Positions 1-9,500 of a stretch of 64,000 nucleotides of DNA are shown here, one piece after another. Source of the DNA: Candidatus Dormiibacterota bacterium (GTDB lineage Bacteria > Chloroflexota > Dormibacteria > Aeolococcales > Aeolococcaceae); assembly GCA_963709585.1 (NCBI GenBank), contig CAVPXI010000014.1, forward strand, positions 160,001 to 224,000, given 5' to 3'. How positions within the stretch are numbered: the stretch's first letter is position 1; every line of letters starts with the position of its first letter. The translations under genes and the position numbers were made by a program. Under the pieces are notes generated by a model that was not told where the DNA came from, made no database searches, and saw only the letters and a program-made list of their open reading frames with translations.

Positions 1-505
1 GGAGACGCCGTCCTGGCCGAGCGCGACCGTGACCAGGTTGGCGATGTTCTCGTGGGCGCTGAAGTTGAGGTTCGAGGCCAGCGGCCGTCCGGTCCCATTC
101 GGATAGACGGTGAGCAGGCTCGGTGCCGAGCCGTTGACGGCGACCAGGTTGAGCACCACAGCGGTCGCATTGGCCGGCACGGATTCACCGGTGCGCGCAT
201 CCGTGTACCCAGTGATCTGGAGGGCAAGCGTCTGGCCTGCCCCGAGCGCGCCACAGGTGTGGATCCCGCAGAGCCCGGAGCGCGTGTCCAGGATCCGGAA
301 TGGGGCGACCGGGACGAAGCTGCCCAGCCCCGTATAGATGTAGCTGGCGGCGGCGGTTGGAGTGCTGACGCCCAGGCTCGTGGTGACCACGAGCCGGTCG
401 TATCCCGCCGGCTTGGCCGGGGTTGCAAAGGAAAACGAATACAGGGTCCTGTTCGTCGTCGTGACCGGGGTGCCTCCGAAGGTTGCGGTCATGCCCGAGA
501 TGAAC
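1..505 (-). CDS. Frameshifted continuation of the surface protein (second IPT/TIG domain plus 'PFRILDTR...VPANATAVVLNL...LTVYP...ASNLNF' beta-domain); runs off the window edge
   Basis: Manual translation after 1-bp shifts near 505 and ~240 gives FISGMTATFGGTPV...FVPVAPFRILDTRSG and GESVPANATAVVLNLVAVNGSAPSLLTVYPNGTGRPLASNLNFSAHENIANLVTVALG. Confidence 0.7.
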
Positions 506-1595
506 CGTATCCGTTTGCGGTGACGATCTGGCCGCCGCTCGTCGGGCCGGCCTCCGGGGACAGTGCGGTCACCACCGCTGCGCCGTAGTAGAGGTACGCG
601 TCCGCTGGAGAAAGCGGACTCGAAACGCCCTGGCGATTGACCTGGACGGCCGCACTTCCAGCGGGGCGAACGGGAGAGACGAAACTGAAGGAGGTAGCGG
701 TGACCGCGGTCGGGGTGACCTTAGTGCCGCCAATGCTTGCCGTCAAACCCGGCCCAAAACCAATCCCACGCACGGTGACAATCTGTCCGCCCGAAATCGG
801 TCCGATGTTGGGACTGAGCGAGTTCACTCGCAGCGCTGGACCTACCGCGACTGCCATCCCATGAAAGCTGGAGATCATCCGTGTGAACTGGGACTCTGTG
901 TACGTGTAGCGGATTCCGCTGTGATCTTCGAGGATCGTGACGTTATGGCCAGGGTCGGCGCCAACCACCACGATTGCATGATCGTAAGGGCTGTAGGGAA
1001 TGGTCTTTCCGTCGAAGGCCGTGTACGAACTGGTTGGATAGCCCGTACCGCCGGTCCCCAGGCTCCGCGTATCTATCCAGATGACCACTGGGTTACCGTC
1101 CAGAATCTGAGCTTCGATCTGTTGCGTCGTATAGCCGGTGCCAGCAAACGCAACCGTCGCCCCGGCCTCCTCGGCAATAGCGGCGATCGGCGCATAGTAG
1201 ACGCCGTAGCCGGTGTAATTCGCTTCAGAACCATACACGCTGCCGACAAAGGCTTTGAAGGCGTCACCCCAATACCGAACGCCGTTCTTGACGTGCGACG
1301 CCCGACCATCCTTGGGCAGTAAGTTGAACACCCAGTTCTGGAGTGGAATCCCGCCTGTGTTGACCTTTATGCCACGAATCGCGAGCGCCGCGGCCAACGA
1401 TGCCGATTCGCAGTCCAACGGCAGGTCCATCTTGATCGTGAAACCGGGATCCAGTTGAACCCCTCCGGAGGCGGCGGCTGGGGTCGATTGCCCTAGAAAC
1501 ATGAGCGATCCCATTGCAAGACCAACCACGGCCGTCCCTAATCGGATCCAGTGGCGGGGTGACGGATCGGCGATCGCAGGCGAGACGCGAGTCAT
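489..1595 (-). CDS. Secreted C39-like (YvpB-type) peptidase with IPT/TIG domain(s)
   Basis: Signal/TM segment; LDCESASLAAAL (catalytic Cys), GNPVVIW, HAIVVVG; IPT repeat SLSPNIGPISGGQIVTVRGIGF. ATG at 1595 has a GGAGG RBS (ORF track starts at 1733). Confidence 0.75.
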   Translation of the reverse strand: MTRVSPAIADPSPRHWIRLGTAVVGLAMGSLMFLGQSTPAAASGGVQLDPGFTIKMDLPLDCESASLAAALAIRGIKVNTGGIPLQNWVFNLLPKDGRASHVKNGVRYWGDAFKAFVGSVYGSEANYTGYGVYYAPIAAIAEEAGATVAFAGTGYTTQQIEAQILDGNPVVIWIDTRSLGTGGTGYPTSSYTAFDGKTIPYSPYDHAIVVVGADPGHNVTILEDHSGIRYTYTESQFTRMISSFHGMAVAVGPALRVNSLSPNIGPISGGQIVTVRGIGFGPGLTASIGGTKVTPTAVTATSFSFVSPVRPAGSAAVQVNRQGVSSPLSPADAYLYYGAAVVTALSPEAGPTSGGQIVTANGYGSSRA

Positions 1596-1965
1596 GCGCG
1601 AACGCCTCCCGGCTTCAACGCTCGCATACCAATCAGCCTCCGGCTTCTCTCGGTTCTTCGTCTCGAGACAGTTCGCTTGTCGGGCTCGATAAGCGTGATC
1701 ACCACATGTCGCGTTCTTGCGCGGCACTTCCATCGCCTATCACCGATCCAAGTCGCAGCAATATTTGTAGTAGGCCCAAAGGTCCCAGAAAAGTGCTATT
1801 GGTCACCCGGCGAAAACTGCCTCGATCGCGCCCTCCCTCATGCAAGTGTTCATTCCGGGAGCCAGGATGGTTAAGTCACCGGCGCGAGACTGCGGATGGC
1901 CAGTCCGCCGAATAGCGAACGACTACGCAGTCACTCTGCGTCGACGTTCCGTGACTTGTCATCAC

Positions 1966-2082
1966 CGTTGGGCATCGCCGCCGCTTTGCCGAGTTCTAGG
2001 CAGCACGCCGCCTGGGTGATGGGCGATGTCGATAATCCCTATCCCATAAGAGCAACGCGGAGCGAGAGGGATTCGAACCCTC
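1966..2082 (-). mobile_element. att-like junction 1: short tRNA-Ser 3' fragment (T-arm + acceptor, 2057-2082) with left CGTTGGG motif
   Basis: GCGGAGCGAGAGGGATTCGAACCCTC at 2057-2082 is identical to copy 4; CGTTGGG at 1966, 91 bp to the left. Confidence 0.75.
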
Positions 2083-2276
2083 AAACTTGCGCGCTGGGGT
2101 GGCACGCGACGCTGTATCGTGGACGCGCATCAGAGCATTGGAACTCTGGCACAGGCCCGTCAGGGGCGTCCTGCCGCCGTCGGAAGATGCAGCGCCAGCG
2201 TAACCTCCGCGCGACCAGCCATCTCGGCGTGCCCACCATGCTTGGTGGGTGTGCTCAGTTGGAAGGCGTCTCAGCG

Positions 2277-4778
2277 GTGGATCTGACCACTGAGCGAGGG
2301 TTCCGTGCCGTCGACATGATCAGTCGGGCCAGGGATGCCCAAGAACTCATCGACGCTGTCCTTCAGGGCCTTACATCGCATGGTCTGCGAGGCTCGTGGG
2401 GCACGCTCCGTGGTGATGAGGTGGTCATGGCCGGCGTCGCGGTGCCTGACGATGACACCGCGCGCATCGAGGAGATACTTCGGGTCCCGCTCGGATCGAT
2501 GCGCTTCCAATTGGCAGCCTACGCATCGTTCGCAACGGCCGTGCGCCGGCGCACCACAACCATCGAGGAAGCGTTCCCGCACCGGATGATCTCGATGTTT
2601 CCGAATCTCACCGACGCAGAAAGGGCCGCAGTCCGGAAGCACCTGGGTCCTGGCCCGTTGATGGTCGCGCCCATCACCGACGACGACACGATCCTCGGTG
2701 TACTCCTTGCATGGGGTCCGGGCGTGGCATCGAAGAGACGTGTGGTCGAGAGTCTGGCGACGCTGGCGGGATTGGCATGGCACAGGGTGCAAGCACCCAC
2801 GGGGGCGGTTCGCGCACCCGACAAGAGGAGCGTCTTCCCGACCGGTGAGCTCGCGAACGCCATCGCCGAGCTCCTCTCCCCCGGCACCATGCGCGCAGCG
2901 CTCCAGCCCGTTGTCCGTCTACGGGATCGCACCGTGCTGGGCTACGAGGCACTCTGCCGCTTCACACCGCGTGGTGGCTTACGGACGCCTGACGACCTGT
3001 TCGCGGCCGTCATCATCACCGGCCAGAAGCTCGACGTCGACGCTGCCTGCTTGACCGCGGCGTTCGCCGCCGGGACCCAAACGCCGCCGGCTACCCTCTT
3101 CGTCAACGTTGCCGTGGAGACGCTGGTCGAAGGAAGCCCGGCTGGAGACCGCCTCTCGCGCATGACCGAGACTGCGGGAGTTGCTCCGGAAAACGTCGTC
3201 CTCGAAGTGAGCGAACGCACTCCGATCGGCGATCTCACGCGCTTGCGACAAGTCGTCGCTGAGCTGCGCGCACGCGGCTTTCGCATTGCCATCGATGATG
3301 CCGGCGCGGGCCACGCCAGCATGCTCGTTATCGCCGAGGTGCAACCCGAGTTCATCAAGATCGACCGGGAGCTGATCCATGGGATTGACGTCAGCGCCGC
3401 ACGGCGTGCGTTGGCGGTCTCGCTGCTCTCCTTCGGGGCGCATATCAACGCTCGTGTCATCGCAGAGGGTATCGAAACCGACGATGAGCTCCAGACGCTA
3501 CTGAGCCTGGGTGTTCAATTCGGCCAGGGGTGGCTCCTCGGCCGCCCCGTAATGGTCGCGCCGCCGCTGGATGCGACCAGCGTGGTGGCCGTCACGTCCG
3601 ATTGGTTCAAGGAGCAGCGCACCGCCTCGTTCAGAACCGTGGTCCTCGAGGTATCGCCTAACCACCTCGATGGCCGCAAGCCGGCAGCGCTTGAACCCAC
3701 TGGAAAACGGTCTGCTCTGCCCCGCGCCCTTATCAATGCCGCTGCGGCGCTCCAGTCGGAGCACGACCCAGCCGGCATTCTGCGGGTCATCGCTGAGCAG
3801 CTGCCATCCGTTGTCCCTGTTGACGCTGTCTATATCTATGCCGCCGACGAGAGTGACAACAGGTTCCTCCCGGTCTATGCCACGGGGAGCGAGGCCAAAG
3901 CGCGGATGGCATACGGCTACTCCATGGATCTGGGCGTGAATGGGTGGGCATTCAAGCTTGGAATACCGCAGTACGTGAAGGATGTCAGCGCACACCCTGC
4001 GACGATCACGATTCCTGGAACGCCCGTTGGCGAGGCCGAGTCGTACCTCATCATCCCCCTCATCGCTGGGGATCGGCGGCTGGGTGTGCTCGACTGCAGC
4101 CGGCTGGGCACCAATCGATTTACGAGCCGCGACTTGGAGGCAGCAGCGCTATTCGGTCACACGGCGGCTGCCGCATGGCGCAATGCTGAGCTCCACGCGG
4201 AGCTGACCGAGCGCGCCATCTTGGACCCTTTGACGGGTCTCCTTAACAGTCGATGGCTTCGCGAGGTCGGCGAGCGCGAAGTGTCTCAGAGTCTTCGCAG
4301 TGGTCAGTCGCTTGCGGTCCTGGTGCTCGACCTCGACCGGTTTAAGCAGATCAACGATACCGGGGGGCACAGTGCGGGTGACCTCGTGTTGCGCCGGGTG
4401 GGCACTGTGCTCACCGGCATGATTCGCGCCGGTGATGCAGCGGTACAACTCGGCGGCGAAGAATTCCTCATCGTTCTCCGTGATACCGACACGGCAGGTG
4501 CCGAACGGGTGGCGGCGGAGTTTCGCGATCGGCTCGCAGCAGTTCCTCTCCCCCGGAGCTGTCTGCCTCGCCGCAAGCTCACGGCTTCTGCTGGCGTCGC
4601 CGTGCTTCCTCAGAATGGGAGCGGCCTCTCCGAGTTGGTGAGGGCTGCGGATGTGGCCATGTATGAGGCAAAGCGCGCAGGTGGTGATCGGCACCAACTC
4701 AGTTCCCACCGCCCAAACAACCGGCCATCAGTGCGACACAACGGCAAGATCGCTGCTGCGGCTGTCTTGCCCCGCTGA
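2277..4778 (+). CDS. GAF-like/EAL/GAF/GGDEF c-di-GMP signalling protein
   Basis: GYEALCRF, IAIDDAGAG, IKIDR, IAEGIE, GQGW (EAL); DPLTGLLN, DLDRFKQINDTGGH, GGEEF (GGDEF). Start placed at GTG 2277 because the upstream ORF extension overlaps att site 1. Confidence 0.9.
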   Translation: MDLTTERGFRAVDMISRARDAQELIDAVLQGLTSHGLRGSWGTLRGDEVVMAGVAVPDDDTARIEEILRVPLGSMRFQLAAYASFATAVRRRTTTIEEAFPHRMISMFPNLTDAERAAVRKHLGPGPLMVAPITDDDTILGVLLAWGPGVASKRRVVESLATLAGLAWHRVQAPTGAVRAPDKRSVFPTGELANAIAELLSPGTMRAALQPVVRLRDRTVLGYEALCRFTPRGGLRTPDDLFAAVIITGQKLDVDAACLTAAFAAGTQTPPATLFVNVAVETLVEGSPAGDRLSRMTETAGVAPENVVLEVSERTPIGDLTRLRQVVAELRARGFRIAIDDAGAGHASMLVIAEVQPEFIKIDRELIHGIDVSAARRALAVSLLSFGAHINARVIAEGIETDDELQTLLSLGVQFGQGWLLGRPVMVAPPLDATSVVAVTSDWFKEQRTASFRTVVLEVSPNHLDGRKPAALEPTGKRSALPRALINAAAALQSEHDPAGILRVIAEQLPSVVPVDAVYIYAADESDNRFLPVYATGSEAKARMAYGYSMDLGVNGWAFKLGIPQYVKDVSAHPATITIPGTPVGEAESYLIIPLIAGDRRLGVLDCSRLGTNRFTSRDLEAAALFGHTAAAAWRNAELHAELTERAILDPLTGLLNSRWLREVGEREVSQSLRSGQSLAVLVLDLDRFKQINDTGGHSAGDLVLRRVGTVLTGMIRAGDAAVQLGGEEFLIVLRDTDTAGAERVAAEFRDRLAAVPLPRSCLPRRKLTASAGVAVLPQNGSGLSELVRAADVAMYEAKRAGGDRHQLSSHRPNNRPSVRHNGKIAAAAVLPR

Positions 4779-4836
4779 TCTGACCAGGACGAACGAGGGA
4801 ACCCCACTCGGGGGATTCTCACCAGTATCCTCTTCC

Positions 4837-4880
4837 ATGCGCGTCCTAGTTCTCGGCGCGGGGTTTGGTGGTCTGGACAG
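4837..4880 (+). pseudogene. 5' remnant of an FAD-dependent oxidoreductase (SQR/NDH-2-like)
   Basis: MRVLVLGAGFGGL Rossmann start preceded by a TATCCT -10-like box; similarity ends just before the att arm at 4925. Confidence 0.55.
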
Positions 4881-4924
4881 CTGCGAACTCCTGAGCAACT
4901 TCACCCGTGCCGGATGGCTCAAGC

Positions 4925-5190
4925 CGTTGGGACTTCACTGGGACTCAGACACCATTGGGCGCGAGTAGGTCGCGCCGTTTGATAAGGCGAAGTTCCTTAT
5001 ATTGCAATGGAAAACCGGAGCGAGAGGGATTCGAACCCACGTGGCGGGTTACCCCACCAACCGCATTTTCAGAGCGTCTGAGCGGGGTGCACGGAGGGGC
5101 ATACGGGGGCACTCCGTATTCGAAATCGAAATGGAAAGGGCACCGCGGGGCAGGCGCGGGCAACCGCGTTGGGTCTCCGTTGGGTCTGGG
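4925..5190 (-). mobile_element. att-like junction 2: tRNA-Ser 3' half (5015-5072) with both flanking arms
   Basis: Minus strand reads CTGAAAA loop, TGCGG, variable arm, GGGTTCGAATCCCTCTCGCTCCG. Left repeats CGTTGGGACT/CACTGGGACT at 4925/4936; right CGTTGGGTCT x2 at 5167/5178. Confidence 0.85.
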
Positions 5191-5243
5191 ATTAGGGGCA
5201 TTTCGTCCCTGGGGACTCCGGAGCTTAGAGGTTCTGGACGTTC

Positions 5244-5984
5244 TTATCCAGGTCGGTCTGACGTCCGCGCGCTTGACGCGTGCCGGGGGTCGGGGTTAGG
5301 GTCCAGTTCGGCCAAGTCGTCCGCGAGTTGGAGCGTTTCCTCTACATGTCGCTGCGTCAGGTCGGCCGCAGTCGGGATGTCGCGCGCTGCCAGCGCGGCA
5401 GCGATCCGACTGTGGCCAACACGGCTCGTCCTGCGCAGTCCACGATCGCGCAACACGATGGCTCGGTAGCGATCAGTTCGTGTCCACAGCTGCTCCAACA
5501 GATCAGCAAGAACTTCGTTGTGCGAGGCCGCATAGATGGACAGATGAAAGTCACGATGAGCGCGAAGCTGCGCGTGCAGGTCTCCGGCGTGTGACTGCCG
5601 CGCTAGCGCTGAGATCTCTCTGAGTTCTCGTGGGGTGGCTGATTCTGCGGCCAGGCTGGCAGCGAGCGGCTCAAGCCGCACGCGCGCAACGCACAACTCG
5701 CCGAGTTCGCGCCGCGTCAGGGGTAGGACGCTCACAACCCGGTGTGGGCGAAGCGCGATCAGCCCCTCGCCCTCGAGACGACGCAAGGCCTCGCGAAGCG
5801 GAGTGACAGACAGGCCCAGAGCGTTGGCGAGGCTCTCCTGGTTTATCGTCGATCCCGGAGCGAGCGTCCCCTCAAGTATCTGCGCCCGAACCTCGACATA
5901 GGCTGCTTCGGCCTTGGTCAGAGCAATAAGGGGAACCCTTGTATACGGCGACGAAATGGCCACCCTACGCTCCACGTCTTTCAT
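5244..5984 (-). CDS. GntR family transcriptional regulator (FCD)
   Basis: wHTH LANALGLSVTPLREALRRLEGEGLI; FCD HRDFHLSIYAASHNEVL. Confidence 0.9.
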   Translation of the reverse strand: MKDVERRVAISSPYTRVPLIALTKAEAAYVEVRAQILEGTLAPGSTINQESLANALGLSVTPLREALRRLEGEGLIALRPHRVVSVLPLTRRELGELCVARVRLEPLAASLAAESATPRELREISALARQSHAGDLHAQLRAHRDFHLSIYAASHNEVLADLLEQLWTRTDRYRAIVLRDRGLRRTSRVGHSRIAAALAARDIPTAADLTQRHVEETLQLADDLAELDPNPDPRHASSARTSDRPG

Positions 5985-6066
5985 CTCCGAGCAACTGTTT
6001 ACACGAGCGTCGACGCTGGTGCGCTACCAGTCTATTCTCGCTCGGAGGTCCCATCGACCGATGACC

Positions 6067-7546
6067 TCACCGTCCAATGCCCTCCGCGCCCCTCCCCTGC
6101 CAAGGCCCCAGGTACTCAGCGAGCTCCGTCGCCACGGCCACGACCTGCGAATCGTGATAGGGGCGTCCGATGACCTGCACGCCCACTGGGAGCCCCTCAT
6201 CAGACTGGCCGCACGGAACAACCACGGTCGGAGCTCTGAGTAGCGTCACAACCCGACAGCAGCTCTCGATTTGAACTCCGTACAGGGTGTGTCGACCGAC
6301 CGTGAACTCGTCGGATCGCGGCGCAAAGGCTGGCACCGAGGCTACTGGCATGAGCAGAATCGGCCACTGCGCCATAAACCGATTGACCCGCAGTCGAATT
6401 TCGTCAGCTAAAGCGGTCAACCTTTGGAATTCCGTAAGTGTGCCTTCAGGACGAGACTCGGCCAGCCACCCGCGAACGTAGTCTGTCAATTCATCCTCGC
6501 GGCCCTGCCACAGACGTTTGTGGTCGGCGAGACCATCGAGGTTGCGGAGCGCGCGGTAGACGGACTCTGCCTCGTCCAGACCCGGCGGCCGCCGTTTGAT
6601 AACCCGAGCACCGCGATCAGCCAGCCCTTGGGCGGCGCGCTCGACCACCTTGACCACATCGGCGCGAACCGGGTGGCTACCGTCCCCGTCGCACCAGGCG
6701 ACGCCGACGCCGGCGGTGCTCTGACCCGCCGGTGATCCAAGTGGCACCGGCACGGCGTTGCCATCGACCCCATCGGGACCGGCCATCACCCCCAACAGCA
6801 CCCAGAGATCACGTATCGAGCGAGCAATCGGCGCAATCGTCTGCAGGCGCGCTTGCATCGATGCACTGTTTGGTGGAACCGGTGATGGAGAGGCTTCAAA
6901 AGGGAGTTGCCCGGTTCCCGGGACGATGCCAGGTGTTGGGCGAAGGGAGACCAGCCCAGTGCAATGGGCGGGTAGTCGAATGGACCCTCCGTAGTCAGTG
7001 CCAATGCCAAAGCCGACCATGTGGGCGCCCACCGCAGCCGCATCGCCACCGCTTGATCCTCCAGGGGAAAGTCGGTGGTCAAGAGGATTCAGAGTGTCCC
7101 CGAAAAGACGATTTCCGGTGTGGATTGCGAGCCCAAATTCGGGGCAGTTTGCCTTTCCAAGAAGAACGGCTCCGGCCGCGCTGAGACGCTCGACGGCTGT
7201 GGAGCCCCAGGGGGACGCGAAATCGCGCAAGATCAGGCTTCCGGCGGTGGCACGCACATCGCGTGTCGCGATGAGATCTTTGACCGTAAATGGGACACCG
7301 GCTAGCGGTCCCGGGTCGACGCCCCGAGCCGTCGCATCGTCGATAGATCTCGCCTGCTCCATCGCTCGATCATCAAGGCGCGTAACGATCGCATTTAAGA
7401 TTGGGTTGCTCGAACTCGACCTGCTCAATATGGGCGGTCAGTACCTCGACGGCGCTGATTTGGCGACGTTTGACACGCGCTGCAATCTCGACTGCCGACC
7501 AATCGACTGGCGATCCGTCGGCGCCGTCAGTGGGTGTCCGCATCAT
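6067..7546 (-). CDS. Amidase-signature family enzyme (frameshift near 7410)
   Basis: GPLAGVPFTVKD, GGSSGG, GTDYGGSIRLPA; N-terminus WSAVEIAARVKRRQISAVEV lies in ORF 7373-7558. Confidence 0.85.
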
Positions 7547-7596
7547 CGCCCCCAGCAACCGCGAGACACCGCGAGTCGGGAATCGTCACCAGGTAT

Positions 7597-8322
7597 CTAT
7601 CCGCTCGCGTCGTCCCATGCAATTGCCCTGACGGGTGACCCGCTCGAGTTGGGCATCCGCAGAGGGAGCCCGGCGAACCGGACTCTCCGGCCAACAAGGG
7701 GCTCCAGGTTCGTCAATCCCTCAATGATATAGATACCGGCTGCCAGGCAGATCCGATGCGCGGGCCAAGGATCTTCGACGTCGGGGCGGTAGCACTCTCG
7801 AATACAGATCCCGTCATACACGTGTTCAAAGCCAAATGGCTCGACACCGACAGCGCGAATCCCTTTTTCGACTAACCATTGAGCGCCGCTGGGCGTCATG
7901 TAGGTCTGGTTCACAAGGTATTCGTCGAAGGTACCCGGTTGCTCAGCTGAATACACGAGGACGATGTCATCGTGTCGGACTTCCGGTTTGGCTTGATCGA
8001 GATCGTCGGCAGTAAGTCCCCGACCGCGCGCGAATGAACAGTCGATCACGACGGCCTCACCGAACAAACGGCCAAGGTCAACTTGGTCGACGGATGGCGC
8101 TCCGCGAACGATATGGCTCGGTGCATCGACATAAGTCCCAAAGTGGTCATTTAGCGTCCACTGGCACTGGGCTCCATTGTCGCCTTGCTCCCAGCTCCGC
8201 AACCACGAGAACTCGAGATCCTTGACCGGGCCGTCACCGACGGCGAGCTTGCCGGCGAGCGCCACAAGTGTGTCGTGGTTCATCGGTCGGGTGAGATCGT
8301 AGATTCGTGGCGCCCAGGCCAT
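7597..8322 (-). CDS. Cyclase family (kynurenine formamidase-like) metal hydrolase
   Basis: IYDLTRP, HFGTYVDAPSH, IIEGLTNL, SSGSPVRAIA; own RBS AAGGAG before ATG 8322. Confidence 0.85.
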   Translation of the reverse strand: MAWAPRIYDLTRPMNHDTLVALAGKLAVGDGPVKDLEFSWLRSWEQGDNGAQCQWTLNDHFGTYVDAPSHIVRGAPSVDQVDLGRLFGEAVVIDCSFARGRGLTADDLDQAKPEVRHDDIVLVYSAEQPGTFDEYLVNQTYMTPSGAQWLVEKGIRAVGVEPFGFEHVYDGICIRECYRPDVEDPWPAHRICLAAGIYIIEGLTNLEPLVGRRVRFAGLPLRMPNSSGSPVRAIAWDDASG

Positions 8323-8348
8323 CGTGCCTCTCCTTGTCGATCCGTTCT

Positions 8349-9477
8349 CTAGCTGACCGCGTCCCGGATATAGTCCATGGCCCGATCGACGTCTCGCCCG
8401 CGCCCACCGAATTGCATTCGAAAGTGACCGCTGAACTCCAAACGCGGACCCCGGCGCAATCGGAACACCGTAACGAACCACGAGAGTGTGCGCGAGCGCC
8501 TCGGCGTCGCCGTCATAGTGCGGGAACACATTGAGTCCACCGGCGGGTGGTGTGCACTGCAGTAAAGGGAGCGCATCAAACGCGCGCACAAGCCGGCGGG
8601 CGCGCGAAGCTGCTTCGGCGACCATCCGATCAACCCAACGGCGAGGGCCGGTTAGCGCGGCAAGCGCCGCCGCCTGGCTGGGCAGGCTGACGCAGAGAAC
8701 TGACCATTCCAAACACGCCGCGACCCGGCCGAAGAGGCTCTCGGGCATCACCGCATAACCAACGCGCATCCCGGGCATCGCGTAGTCCTTTGAGAACGAT
8801 CGTATGAGCACGGATGGGACCGTATTCTGCCCCAAGATCACCGGTGACACGTGGTGACGTCCGCCATATACAAAGTGCGACAACGATTCATCGCTCACAA
8901 GTATCAGCCCAGCATCATGAGCCAACTCGATCGCAGCCGCAATATCTCCGTGGTCAAAGACGTAGCCGGTAGGGTTCACCGGCGTGTTGACATAAAGAAT
9001 CTTCGTTCGTCGGCTGACGTACTCCCGAGCCGACGACCACGAGGGACGAAAGCCATCCTCAAACGGAGACGGAAACTGAACTAGGCGGGCCCCAGCCATT
9101 CTCACCAAGCCTCCGATGAAGAACCCTGGGGCGGGCATGAGAACCTCGTCACCTGGCCGGAGCACCGCTCGAAACACCAGATCTAGGGCATGCATGGCAC
9201 CGTTGGTCACCAGTACCTGATCGGTGCCGGCGGCAATGCCCTCGCCGCTCAGTGCGGTCGCGACCGCTTGCCTCAGCGACGCTTCGACGTACGATGGGGT
9301 GTAGCCCTTGGCGCCCATCGATGTGCTCACGGCCTCTCGAACGTGGGGCGGAAGCTCGACGTGAATCGAGCCGCCCAGATGCAACCGGTCGTCAGGGTGA
9401 TGCTCGTCGAGGAGGCGCTCAATTTGACGAGTGACTGGCTCTGTCGCGCCCTCTGTGCTCCACGTGTCTTCGGCCAT
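8349..9477 (-). CDS. PLP-dependent class I/II aminotransferase (frameshift near 8430)
   Basis: VLVTNGAMHAL, NTPVNPTG, SDE, SFSKDYAMPGMRVG; true C-terminus GHFRMQFGG...IRDAVS is in the 8349-8633 frame. Confidence 0.85.
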
Positions 9478-9500
9478 CGTTTGTCCGAACCGTGCCAATC

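Noticed and set aside
1896-2276. N-terminal extension of the EAL/GGDEF ORF
   Set aside because: Runs through att junction 1 and has no protein-like character.
7597-9498. 633-aa aminotransferase-cyclase fusion
   Set aside because: Frameshift artefact: the aminotransferase C-terminus is in another frame with a stop at 8349, and the cyclase has its own RBS and ATG.
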